Below, piece after piece: positions 55,807 through 64,000 of a stretch of 64,000 nucleotides of DNA. The first letter of the stretch is position 1; each line of letters starts with the position of its first letter. The notes beneath the pieces were generated by a model. The model was not told the origin of the DNA, made no database searches, and worked only from the letters and a program-made list of their open reading frames with translations. Origin of the DNA: Thermoanaerobaculia bacterium (GTDB lineage Bacteria; Acidobacteriota; Thermoanaerobaculia; UBA5066; Gp7-AA6); NCBI GenBank assembly GCA_038203955.1, contig JBBRDK010000006.1:946-64945 (forward strand). The letters run 5' to 3'. The position numbers and the translations under genes are program-made.

Positions 55807-58800
55807 AGCCCGCACCCTTCGAGGACGTGTACGAGCTTTCGCCGATGCAGCAGGGCCTCCTCTTTCACACACTCTACGATCCAGCGGCCGACCCCTATTT
55901 CAAGCAGTCCGTTCTCACCCTGCGCGGGGATCTTGACGGCGAACGCTTCGCCCAGGCATGGCAACGGGTCGCCGCACGTCACGTGATCCTGAGAACCTCC
56001 TTCCACTGGGAGGGCCTGGAGAAACCGGTCCAGGTCGTCCATCCCAATGCGCAGGTGCCCGTCGAGTCGCTGGACTGCCGCGGCCTGTCTCTCGACGCGC
56101 AGCAGCACCGCCTCGAAGTCTTTCTTCTGGAAGACCGGAAGAAAGGCTTCGATCTGGCCTCTCAGCCGCTTCTCAGGGTGACCCTGCTCCGAACGGCCGA
56201 GGACCTCCACGAGTGCGTTCTGAGCTTTCAGCACCTCGTGCTCGACCGCTGGTCGCGCTCGCTCGTTCTGAGGGAGGTTTTCGCCGAGTACGCGGCCGGC
56301 AGCCGCGGCGAGGACGCCGGACTTTCGCCGGCGGTCTCTTATGGCGAATACATCGCGTGGATTCAGGGGACAGATCGGAGCGGGGCGGAAGCTTTCTGGC
56401 GCAGCGCGCTCGCAGGATTCACGAGGCCGACATCGGTCCGTTTGGACGGAAGGTCCGACCCCCCGAGCGCGCAGGGGTTCGAGGAGGCGTCCATTCGCCT
56501 CTCCCCACAGGTGAGCGCCACGCTCCAGTCGTTTGCCCGGCGTCATCGACTGACGCTGAACACCCTCATTCAGGGAGCCTGGGCGGTCCTGGCGAGCCGC
56601 TACAGTGGTGAGGAAGACGTGCTCTTCGGCGCGACCGTGTCGGGTCGTCCCGCGTCACTCCCCGAAGTCGAATCCATGGTCGGGCTCTTCATCAATACCC
56701 TCCCGGTGCGGGTCCGCGTCCCGCAGAGTGGAAAACTCATCGACTGGCTGCGGAGACTTCAGGAAGAGTTCCTGGAGCTGAGGCAGTACGAGCACAGCTC
56801 GCTCGTGGACATCCAGGGCTGGAGCGAGGTGCCCCGCGGCACACCCCTCTTCGAGAGCCTGGTGGTATTCGAGAACGTCGGTGGCGATTTCGATTCCCTT
56901 TCGGGCGACGGCCCTCTGAAGGTTCTGCGCTTTCGCTCGCCCGGCGGCTGGACGAACTACCCACTGACCCTCCTGGCGCTTCCAGGGGAGCGGCTGTTTT
57001 TGCGGATCCTCTTTGATCGCTCGGTCTTCGACGCCCCCTCTATCCTGCGGATGCTCGGACACCTCGCGACGCTGCTCGAAGGCATGGCGGCGGACCCCGA
57101 TCAGCCTCTGTCGCGTTTGCCACTGCTGACGCAGCTCGAGCGTCGTCATCTCCTTTTCGACTGGAATCAGACGGCGCGAGCGTTCCCGCACGAGAAGACG
57201 GTGCATGGGTTGTTCGAGGAGCAGGCGCAGGAATCGCCCGATGCGCAAGCGGTCGTCTTTGATCAACAGCGGCTGAGCTATAGAGAGTTGAACGAGCGTG
57301 CGAACCGATTGGCCCGGTTTCTCAGGAGGCAGGGGGTGGGGCCGGAAGTGCTGGTCGGTTTGTGCGTGGAGCGGTCGGTGGAAATGGTGGTCGGGATCCT
57401 GGGGATCTTGAAGGCGGGTGGCGCGTACGTCCCCCTGGATCCTCACTATCCGAGGGAACGCGTGGCGTTCATGCTGGAGGACTCCGGGGTTTCGGTGCTG
57501 CTGACGCAACGAAGCCTGGCGGATGCGCATGCGGACGGGCCTTTTAAGCGGGTGAACCTGGACACGGAAAGGGTGCCGATCGAAAAGGAGAGCGGTGAGA
57601 ACCTGGAGAGCGGCGCGCGCCCGGAAAACCTGGTCTACGTGATCTACACCTCGGGATCCACGGGACTGCCCAAGGGAGTCGCCATCGAACACCGCAGCAC
57701 GGTTGCGTTGCTGACGTGGGCCCGGGAGTTCTTCCATCGCGGAGAGCTCAAGGGTGTCCTCGCATCGACGTCGGTCTGCTTCGATCTGTCTGTATTCGAG
57801 TTGTTCGCCCCCCTGGTTTCCGGAGGAAGCGTGATCCTCTCCCGGAACGTACTGGAGCTTCCGGAGCTTGCCGCGCGGTCGGAAGTGACGCTTGTCAACA
57901 CGGTCCCTTCGGCGATGGCCGAGTTGTTGAGGATCGGCGGTCTGCCCGAATCTGTGGCGACGGTCAATCTCGCGGGAGAGCCGCTGGCGACGGCTCTCGT
58001 GGACCAGATCGCAGGGGGGGCGCGAGCGAGGCGAGTCTTCGATTTGTACGGGCCGACGGAGGACACGACCTATTCCACTTGTGCTCTTCGAGAAATTGGG
58101 GGCGCGGCGACGATAGGGCGACCGATCTCGAACAAGCGCGCGTACATCCTGGACAGTCAGAACGAGCCGGTGCCCGTGGGCGTCGAGGGAGACCTCAACG
58201 TGGCCGGAGCGGGAGTGGCGCGAGGTTACCTGAATCGACCCGAGCTGACGCGGGAGAGGTTCCTGCCGGACCCGTTTCACCCGGGGGAAAGGATGTACAG
58301 GACGGGGGACCGCGCTCGATTCCTGCCGGACGGGAACCTCCAGTTCGCAGGACGCCTCGACCAGCAGATCAAGATCCGAGGCTACCGCATTGAAATCGGC
58401 GAGATCGAAACAGTGCTGTCGGCGCATCCCGACGTGCGGGAATGCGCGGTGGCCGCCCGGCGAGATCCAACGAGTGGGGATCGCCTGGTTGCCTACGTCG
58501 TATGGGGCGCAGGACAACCGGCCCGCAATGACCTCCGTCTCTTTTTGAAGAGGTCTCTTCCCGATTACATGATCCCTTCGGACTTTCTTTTCCTCGACTC
58601 CCTTCCCCTGACCCCCAACGGGAAGCTCGACCGAAAGGCGTTGCCGGCCCCGGAGCAAAAGCGGCCCGTGCCCGAAGACTCTTTCGTGGCGCCGCGCACT
58701 TCCGTCGAGGACGTCGTCGCCGGAATCTGGGCTGAGGTTCTCGGGTTGCAGCCGGTCGGCGTCGAGGATGACTTCTTCGTCCTGGGAGGGCATTCGCTGC

Positions 58801-59006
58801 TTGGGACGCAGATCATCTCTCGCGTCCGAGAGGCTTGTCGCGTCGAGCTGCCGTTGCGCGCTCTCTTCGAGAGTCGGACCGTGGCGGGCCTCGCTCGCGA
58901 AATCGAAAATATAAGATCGAGAAACGCGGTGGACTCGACCGTGCGACTCGTCCCGGTGTCGCGGGAGGGACGGCGTATGAAGCGATCCGACCTCCCGATA
59001 GATTGA
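55803..59006 (+). CDS. NRPS module C-A-T without release domain (orphan, downstream of the TE module)
   Basis: C: FEDVYELSPMQQGLLFH start, with the active-site motif degenerate as QHLVLDRWS (56229-49). A: LSYRELNERANRLARFL, YTSGSTGLPKG (57646-78), NLAGEPL, DLYGPTEDT, YRTGD, NGKLDRKALP. T: GGHSLL. Confidence 0.9.
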   Translation: MKPAPFEDVYELSPMQQGLLFHTLYDPAADPYFKQSVLTLRGDLDGERFAQAWQRVAARHVILRTSFHWEGLEKPVQVVHPNAQVPVESLDCRGLSLDAQQHRLEVFLLEDRKKGFDLASQPLLRVTLLRTAEDLHECVLSFQHLVLDRWSRSLVLREVFAEYAAGSRGEDAGLSPAVSYGEYIAWIQGTDRSGAEAFWRSALAGFTRPTSVRLDGRSDPPSAQGFEEASIRLSPQVSATLQSFARRHRLTLNTLIQGAWAVLASRYSGEEDVLFGATVSGRPASLPEVESMVGLFINTLPVRVRVPQSGKLIDWLRRLQEEFLELRQYEHSSLVDIQGWSEVPRGTPLFESLVVFENVGGDFDSLSGDGPLKVLRFRSPGGWTNYPLTLLALPGERLFLRILFDRSVFDAPSILRMLGHLATLLEGMAADPDQPLSRLPLLTQLERRHLLFDWNQTARAFPHEKTVHGLFEEQAQESPDAQAVVFDQQRLSYRELNERANRLARFLRRQGVGPEVLVGLCVERSVEMVVGILGILKAGGAYVPLDPHYPRERVAFMLEDSGVSVLLTQRSLADAHADGPFKRVNLDTERVPIEKESGENLESGARPENLVYVIYTSGSTGLPKGVAIEHRSTVALLTWAREFFHRGELKGVLASTSVCFDLSVFELFAPLVSGGSVILSRNVLELPELAARSEVTLVNTVPSAMAELLRIGGLPESVATVNLAGEPLATALVDQIAGGARARRVFDLYGPTEDTTYSTCALREIGGAATIGRPISNKRAYILDSQNEPVPVGVEGDLNVAGAGVARGYLNRPELTRERFLPDPFHPGERMYRTGDRARFLPDGNLQFAGRLDQQIKIRGYRIEIGEIETVLSAHPDVRECAVAARRDPTSGDRLVAYVVWGAGQPARNDLRLFLKRSLPDYMIPSDFLFLDSLPLTPNGKLDRKALPAPEQKRPVPEDSFVAPRTSVEDVVAGIWAEVLGLQPVGVEDDFFVLGGHSLLGTQIISRVREACRVELPLRALFESRTVAGLAREIENIRSRNAVDSTVRLVPVSREGRRMKRSDLPID

Positions 59007-59095
59007 CCATGGGCACACTGGCCTCGGACGAGTTTCCGATCGACGCCGCGTCCTGCGGCCAGGCCGGCAAAGCCGGCTTCGCCCTCGCCGAAATC

Positions 59096-59990
59096 GTGAG
59101 CGCTCGGGACGACGGGCCGGCGCGTCGGTCGCCCTCTTTCTGGCGGCCGCGGCGGCCGCGCGCGCGCACGACACCTGGATCCGTCCGGCCCGCGCCGCCG
59201 TCCCCGCGGGATCGCTTCTCTCGCTCGAGGCGACGAGCGGGATGGGCTTTCCGGCGGTCGGGTTCGCGATCGCTCCCGAGAGACTGTCCGCCGCCCGCGT
59301 CCGGCTGGCGGGAACCGTTCGCGAGGTCGCGGGCGTGTCCGCCGGAAAGCGATCGCTACGCCTCTCCACGCTGGCCGGCGGCCAGGGGATCGCGTGCGTG
59401 TGGCTGGAGACGAAGCCGAAGTCGCTGGATCTCAAACCCGCTCAGGTCCGTGAGTACCTCGAGGAGATCGGGGCGGACGAAAGCATCGGGAAAAGCTGGA
59501 GCGCGACACCCAACGCGCGCTGGCGCGAGGTGTACTCCAAGCACGCCAAGACGTTCGTCGCGGTCGGCGCCGCCGGAGACGACCGGTCCTGGGGGACGCC
59601 CGTCGGAATGCGTCTCGAGATCGTCCCGCTGTCGGACCCGACGCGCATGCGCGCGGGCGATCGCGTGGCGGTGCGCCTCCTTCGCGACGGACGTCCCGCC
59701 GCCGACTTTCCGCTCGGGGTCGTGCAGGCAGGCGAAAAGACCGGCATCCTCCGGAAGACGGACGCCGAAGGCCGGATCGTCTTCACGCGGCCCGCCCGGG
59801 ATGGATCCTCATCCGCGCCACCGAGCTGCGCCGCTCGCCGTCGCCCGAGCGGGACTGGGACAGCGACTTCTCGACGCTCACGCTTCACGTCCGACAGAGA
59901 CGCGAGAGGCGACTGAAGCGTCCCAGTCCGCCGGCAGCGGCCGGTGGAAACCCGCGAGGTTTTGCCGTCAGCGCTGAGCGGGCGGCGTGA
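59096..59990 (+). pseudogene. DUF4198-like periplasmic protein gene with at least two apparent frameshifts
   Basis: A signal-like ..ASVALFLAAAAAARA followed by HDTWIRP.. (the usual mature N-terminus of DUF4198) is in frame with track ORF 59242..59916, but has no canonical in-frame start. A GTG at 59096 lies in another frame. After ..EGRIVFTRPA the family-like continuation GWILIRATELRRSPSPERDWDSDFSTLTLHV is in a third frame (switch near 59787-59802, in CCC/GGG runs). The end coordinate is approximate. Confidence 0.5.
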
Positions 59991-60294
59991 CGACGGGCGT
60001 GCGGTCCCGGTCGGGTGTCGTGTTTCCGGGAGTCGACCGGAAGCCCGGGCTAGTTCCGCCCGACGGAGTCGTCGTGTACCGCCCGCCCGTTCCCGCATCG
60101 CTGGTGCCGCCCGTGCCGGCGGGTCCCGCGGTGCCCGTCCCTCCCGTCGTTCCCGTGGTGCCCGACGTCGTTCCGGGGCCGCCCGATGTCGTGGACGACG
60201 AGCAGGCCGTCTGGCCGATGAGAAGGGCCGCGGCGATAACAAGCACACCGGACGCGAGAAGCGTGAGGAGTCGGGCTTTCGAGCGTGAGTTCAT
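59968..60294 (-). CDS. small Gly/Thr-rich secreted or lipoprotein-like protein
   Basis: GGAGG lies 6 nt upstream of ATG 60294..60292. MNSRSKARLLTLLASGVLVIAAALLIGQTAC|SSS (imperfect lipobox) is followed by a G/T/S/P low-complexity region. Confidence 0.55.
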   Translation of the reverse strand: MNSRSKARLLTLLASGVLVIAAALLIGQTACSSSTTSGGPGTTSGTTGTTGGTGTAGPAGTGGTSDAGTGGRYTTTPSGGTSPGFRSTPGNTTPDRDRTPVVTPPAQR

Positions 60295-60384
60295 TTTCGA
60301 CCTCCATCCGCGGGATTGCAAGGGATGTTCCGACGAGGCGAGGAGGGGGTTACGGCGCGGAATCGTCGGAGCTCGCCGCCTCCC

Positions 60385-61692
60385 TCAGGCGCCCGGCAGG
60401 GCCTGGAGAAACTCGCTCTCCCGGCGCCAGACCGTCTCCTCCCGCCGGGGACCGGTCGAGAGAAACACGGCGGGCGCTCCGATCCGCTCCTCGAGGTAGC
60501 GCACGTAGCGGTGCGCGGCCGGCGGAAGATCCTCGGTGCGCGTCGCCGCCGTCGTCTTCGTCCGCCATCCCGGGACCGTCTCGTACACGGGCTCGACGCG
60601 CTCGAGGTCTTCGACGAGAGGTGGAACGTCCTGGAGCTCGCGGCCGTCGAGGCGGTAGCCGACGCACACCGGGATCTCGGCGAGGTCGTCGAGCACGTCG
60701 AGCTTCGTGATGGCGACGGCGGCGGCTCCCGAGAGCTCGACCGCCGTGCGGGCAACGACCGCGTCGAACCAGCCGGTGCGGCGGGGCCGGCCGGTGGACG
60801 TCCCGTACTCGTTCCCGCGCGCGCGCAGGAACTCGCCGGTCGCGTCGTTCAATTCCGTCGGGAAGGGGCCGGCGCCCACGCGCGTCGTGTACGCCTTCAG
60901 CACCACGAGCGAACCGTCCAGGGAACGCGGAGAGATGTGGAGCCCGGCCGCGACTCCCGCCGACGTGCAGGTCGACGACGTGACGAACGGATAGGTTCCC
61001 GCGGAGAGATCCAGCATCGCGCCGTGCGCTCCCTCGGCGAGAAGCGTCCCTCCGCCGCGGAGATGGTCTCGAAGGTACCGGCCCGTGTCCCGGACGTGGG
61101 GCTTCAAGGCCTCGGCCGAACGGCCCAGGGCGTCGAGCACCGCGGAAGTCTCGGGGATGTCGGCGCAGCCGAGCGCCCGCAGAAGGGCACCCGTCTCGGC
61201 CGCGAGCGCTTCCACCCGCGCGCGCAGGATCGCGGGACGGTAGAGCTCGGCGACGCGGACGCCCTTTCTCGCTGCGGCCGACTCGTAAGAGGGACCGATG
61301 CCCCGGAGCGTCGTCCCGATCTTGCCGTCTCCCGCGGCCGACTCGCGCGCGGCGTCGAGAAGGCGGTGCCAGGGCAGGATCACCTGGGCGCGATCGGACA
61401 GGAGGAGGTTGTCGCCGACTTCGATGCCCTGTTCGCGGACGCCGGCGATCTCCATCAGGAGGGCGTCGGGGTCGACCACGACCCCCGGACCGATGACGCC
61501 AATCCTGCCGCGGACCGCGCCGGCGGGGAGCAGATGCAGCGCGAAATGGCGGTCGCCGAACTTGACCGTGTGTCCCGCGTTGTGGCCGCCGTGGTAGCGG
61601 GCGACGACGTCGAAGCGGTCGGAAAGAAGGTCGATGATCTTCCCCTTGCCCTCGTCCCCCCACTGTCCGCCCAGGATGGCGACGACCTTCAC
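60385..61692 (-). CDS. purA: adenylosuccinate synthetase
   Basis: VKVVAILGGQWGDEGKGK (P-loop), ..HGGHNAGHT.., ..IGTTLRGIGPSYE.., ..GNEYGTSTGRPRRTGW... Start re-set to GTG 61692..61690, which has GGAGGGAGGG 6 nt upstream. ATG 61735 is an alternative. The 820-aa track ORF is over-extended. Confidence 0.9.
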   Translation of the reverse strand: MKVVAILGGQWGDEGKGKIIDLLSDRFDVVARYHGGHNAGHTVKFGDRHFALHLLPAGAVRGRIGVIGPGVVVDPDALLMEIAGVREQGIEVGDNLLLSDRAQVILPWHRLLDAARESAAGDGKIGTTLRGIGPSYESAAARKGVRVAELYRPAILRARVEALAAETGALLRALGCADIPETSAVLDALGRSAEALKPHVRDTGRYLRDHLRGGGTLLAEGAHGAMLDLSAGTYPFVTSSTCTSAGVAAGLHISPRSLDGSLVVLKAYTTRVGAGPFPTELNDATGEFLRARGNEYGTSTGRPRRTGWFDAVVARTAVELSGAAAVAITKLDVLDDLAEIPVCVGYRLDGRELQDVPPLVEDLERVEPVYETVPGWRTKTTAATRTEDLPPAAHRYVRYLEERIGAPAVFLSTGPRREETVWRRESEFLQALPGA

Positions 61693-61857
61693 CGCGGGCC
61701 CTCCCTCCGCGCGCAACGTGCGCAACGAACGCATGTGGAAAAGCGAGGCAGAGTACCACCGGGGGATTGCGTCCGGGTAGGCGGGTCGGGCCGGGAGCCC
61801 CTCCGCCGGAATCAAAACTCGAGAGGGCAAGGAGAAAGCTCCTACAATCGCCGCTCG

Positions 61858-63375
61858 ATGAAAACGCTGTCCCTTTCCGGATCCCGCCTGAGGCTGCCGG
61901 ACCTCCGGGACATCGCGGAGCGGCGCGTGCGCCTCGTCCTGGCGCCCGGCGCGCGAAAGGCGATCGCCGCGTCGCGCCGCGTCGTCGACCTCGCGGTGGC
62001 TCGGAACGAGCGGGTGTACGGGCTCACGACGGGCTTCGGGAGTTTCGCCAGCGTCACGGTGGCCAGCGACCAGCTCGAGAAGCTCCAGAGGAACCTGGTG
62101 CGCAGTCACAGCGCGGGAGTGGGCGAGGCGCTTCCCGATGCGGCGGTGCGAGCGATGATCGCGCTCCGCGTGAACGCGCTGGCGAAAGGGCATTCGGGGA
62201 TACGCGCCTCGACCGTCGACGCGCTCCTCGGCATGCTGGCCGCCGACGTCCTTCCCGTCGTGCCCGCGCGCGGATCCGTCGGCGCTTCGGGAGACCTCGC
62301 GCCGCTCGCGCACCTCGCCCTCGGGCTCATGGGCGAAGGTCGCGTCCGCGTGGCCGGCCGTGAGCTGTCCGCCCGTCGGGCCCTCGCCGCCGCAGGGCTC
62401 GAACCCGTGACGCTCGGCGCCAAAGAAGGCCTGGCATTGATCAACGGCGTTCAGATGTCGGTCGCGGTCGGAGGACTGGCGCTCGAGCGCGCCGCGAGGC
62501 TGGCGCAGATCGCCGACATCGCCGGCGCCGCCTCTCTCGACGCGGCCCGGGGATCCGACGCCGCCTTCGATCCCCGGGTGATCGCGGCGCGTCCTCACCC
62601 CGGCGCGATCGCGTCCGCGCGGAACCTGCGGACTCTCCTGGCGGGCAGCGCCATCCGCGAGTCCCACCGCGGTTGCGGGCGGGTGCAGGACAACTACTCG
62701 CTGCGCTGCATACCGCAGGTACACGGTGCCGCCCGCGACGCCTTCGCCCACGCGCGCGAGGCGATCGAGCGGGAGATGAACAGCGCGACCGACAACCCGC
62801 TCGTCTTCCCGGCCGGAGGCGAGATCATCTCCGGCGGGAACTTTCACGGCGCGCCCGTCGGCCTGGTCCTGGACTACGCGGCGATCGCGGCGACGGACCT
62901 CGCCTCAATCTCCGAGCGGCGCATCGAGAAGCTCTTGAACCCGGGGCTCTCGGACCTTCCCGCGTTTCTGGTCGCGGAAGGCGGCCTGAACTCCGGCCTC
63001 ATGATGGCCCAGGTGACGGCCGCCGCGCTGGTGTCGGAGTCGAAGTCGCTGTCACACCCCGCCTCGGTCGACTCGATTCCGACGTCCGCGGACAAGGAGG
63101 ATCACGTCTCGATGTCTCCGATCGCGGCCCGCAAGCTCGCGGCGATCGTGGACAACCTGGAGCGGGTCCTCGGCATCGAGGTCCTGACCGCGTTCCAGGC
63201 GATGGAATTCCTCCGACCGCTGCGCTCGTCCCGGCCGCTCGAGACGCTCCGAACCGCGTTCCGACGGGTCGTCCGGCCGTGGAACGAGGACCGCGTTCTC
63301 GCCCCGGACCTCGAGGCGGCACGCCAATTCCTGTCGAGCGACGCGATGACGCGGCTGGTGGGAACGCTGAAGTAG
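61858..63375 (+). CDS. hutH: histidine ammonia-lyase
   Basis: ..YGLTTGFG.., ..GSVGASGDLAPLAH.. (Ala-Ser-Gly MIO motif), ..QDNYSLRCIPQVHG.., ..NPLVF... Start re-set to ATG 61858. Confidence 0.95.
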   Translation: MKTLSLSGSRLRLPDLRDIAERRVRLVLAPGARKAIAASRRVVDLAVARNERVYGLTTGFGSFASVTVASDQLEKLQRNLVRSHSAGVGEALPDAAVRAMIALRVNALAKGHSGIRASTVDALLGMLAADVLPVVPARGSVGASGDLAPLAHLALGLMGEGRVRVAGRELSARRALAAAGLEPVTLGAKEGLALINGVQMSVAVGGLALERAARLAQIADIAGAASLDAARGSDAAFDPRVIAARPHPGAIASARNLRTLLAGSAIRESHRGCGRVQDNYSLRCIPQVHGAARDAFAHAREAIEREMNSATDNPLVFPAGGEIISGGNFHGAPVGLVLDYAAIAATDLASISERRIEKLLNPGLSDLPAFLVAEGGLNSGLMMAQVTAAALVSESKSLSHPASVDSIPTSADKEDHVSMSPIAARKLAAIVDNLERVLGIEVLTAFQAMEFLRPLRSSRPLETLRTAFRRVVRPWNEDRVLAPDLEAARQFLSSDAMTRLVGTLK

Positions 63376-63455
63376 CAGTCATCAGTATTCAGTCGTCAGT
63401 TCTGAGTCGGGGTTGACCTTTTGCGACTGACAACTGAAAACTGAGAACTGATAAC
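63376..63455. repeat. heptamer-periodic inverted repeat, locus 3
   Basis: It starts immediately after the hutH TAG. Left arm cagtcatcagtattcagtcgtcagttctgagtcgg; spacer ggTTGACCttttgc; right arm gactgacaactgaaaactgagaactgataac. It ends 16 nt before the hutU GTG. Confidence 0.85.
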
Positions 63456-63471
63456 CGTTACTATTTCCCCC

Positions 63472-64000
<529 letters not shown>

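Noticed and set aside
58835-59977. 380-aa + ORF bridging the NRPS end and the DUF4198 region
   Set aside because: It is Arg/Pro/Ser-rich with no motifs, and it is out of frame with both the NRPS T domain and the DUF4198-like segments. It is a shadow or read-through ORF.
55067-60000. Genomic island or prophage integrated at tRNA-Lys
   Set aside because: I found no integrase, excisionase, phage or transposase ORF, and no direct repeat of the tRNA 3' end in the window. Only the composition dip and the truncated-looking NRPS hint at past recombination. I kept this as a low-key finding rather than a mobile-element call.

Overview
This is a very GC-rich bacterial chromosomal segment, densely coding on both strands. 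I found no transposase, integrase, phage genes or CRISPR array.

Gene content, left to right:
- A partial lhr helicase, three small anchored or secreted hypothetical proteins, and chrA.
- A translationally coupled string: M1 peptidase, molybdopterin oxidoreductase, CDF transporter, cytochrome c.
- An almost complete haem pathway in two divergent arms around acnA/yceI. The minus arm is hemE-hemN, then hemH-hemY plus an ABC-2 exporter. The plus arm is hemX-like-hemA, then hemC-hemD-hemB-hemL.
- A CPA2 antiporter, a POT peptide transporter, a frameshifted DUF481 barrel gene, a membrane hypothetical, a UdgX-type uracil-DNA glycosylase, an ACT protein and a YncE-like propeller.
- A hybrid NRPS-PKS cluster spanning about 37.6-59.0 kb: CmlA-like di-iron beta-hydroxylase, A-T loader, KS-AT-ACP-aminotransferase-C-A(MT)-T megasynthase, C-A-T-TE, tRNA-Lys, a 74-aa ORF and an orphan C-A-T.
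- A frameshifted DUF4198 gene, a small Gly/Thr-rich lipoprotein-like ORF, purA, and hutH-hutU (hutU runs off the end).

Most unusual signals:
1. A 44-nt ATG-initiated module occurs three times in tandem in the lower-GC leader of the cluster and once in front of the orphan NRPS. Two of the four copies end in 4-nt stop/start overlaps with biosynthetic genes.
2. AT-richer, heptamer-periodic intergenic elements fall into three sequence families. One family forms long imperfect hairpins at three loci.
3. A 58-nt unit is duplicated upstream of hemC and present once upstream of udgX.

Caveats:
- The ORF track opens every ORF at the most upstream ATG/GTG/TTG, so many real genes are N-terminally over-extended. 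I re-set starts where homology or 4-nt overlaps allowed.
- Genes without a stop inside the window (lhr, hutU) are absent from the track.
- Many long ORFs are antisense shadows typical of high-GC DNA.
- Several apparent frameshifts sit in C/G runs and may be assembly errors rather than biology.
- All family calls rest on motifs I recognise by eye; no database search was run.
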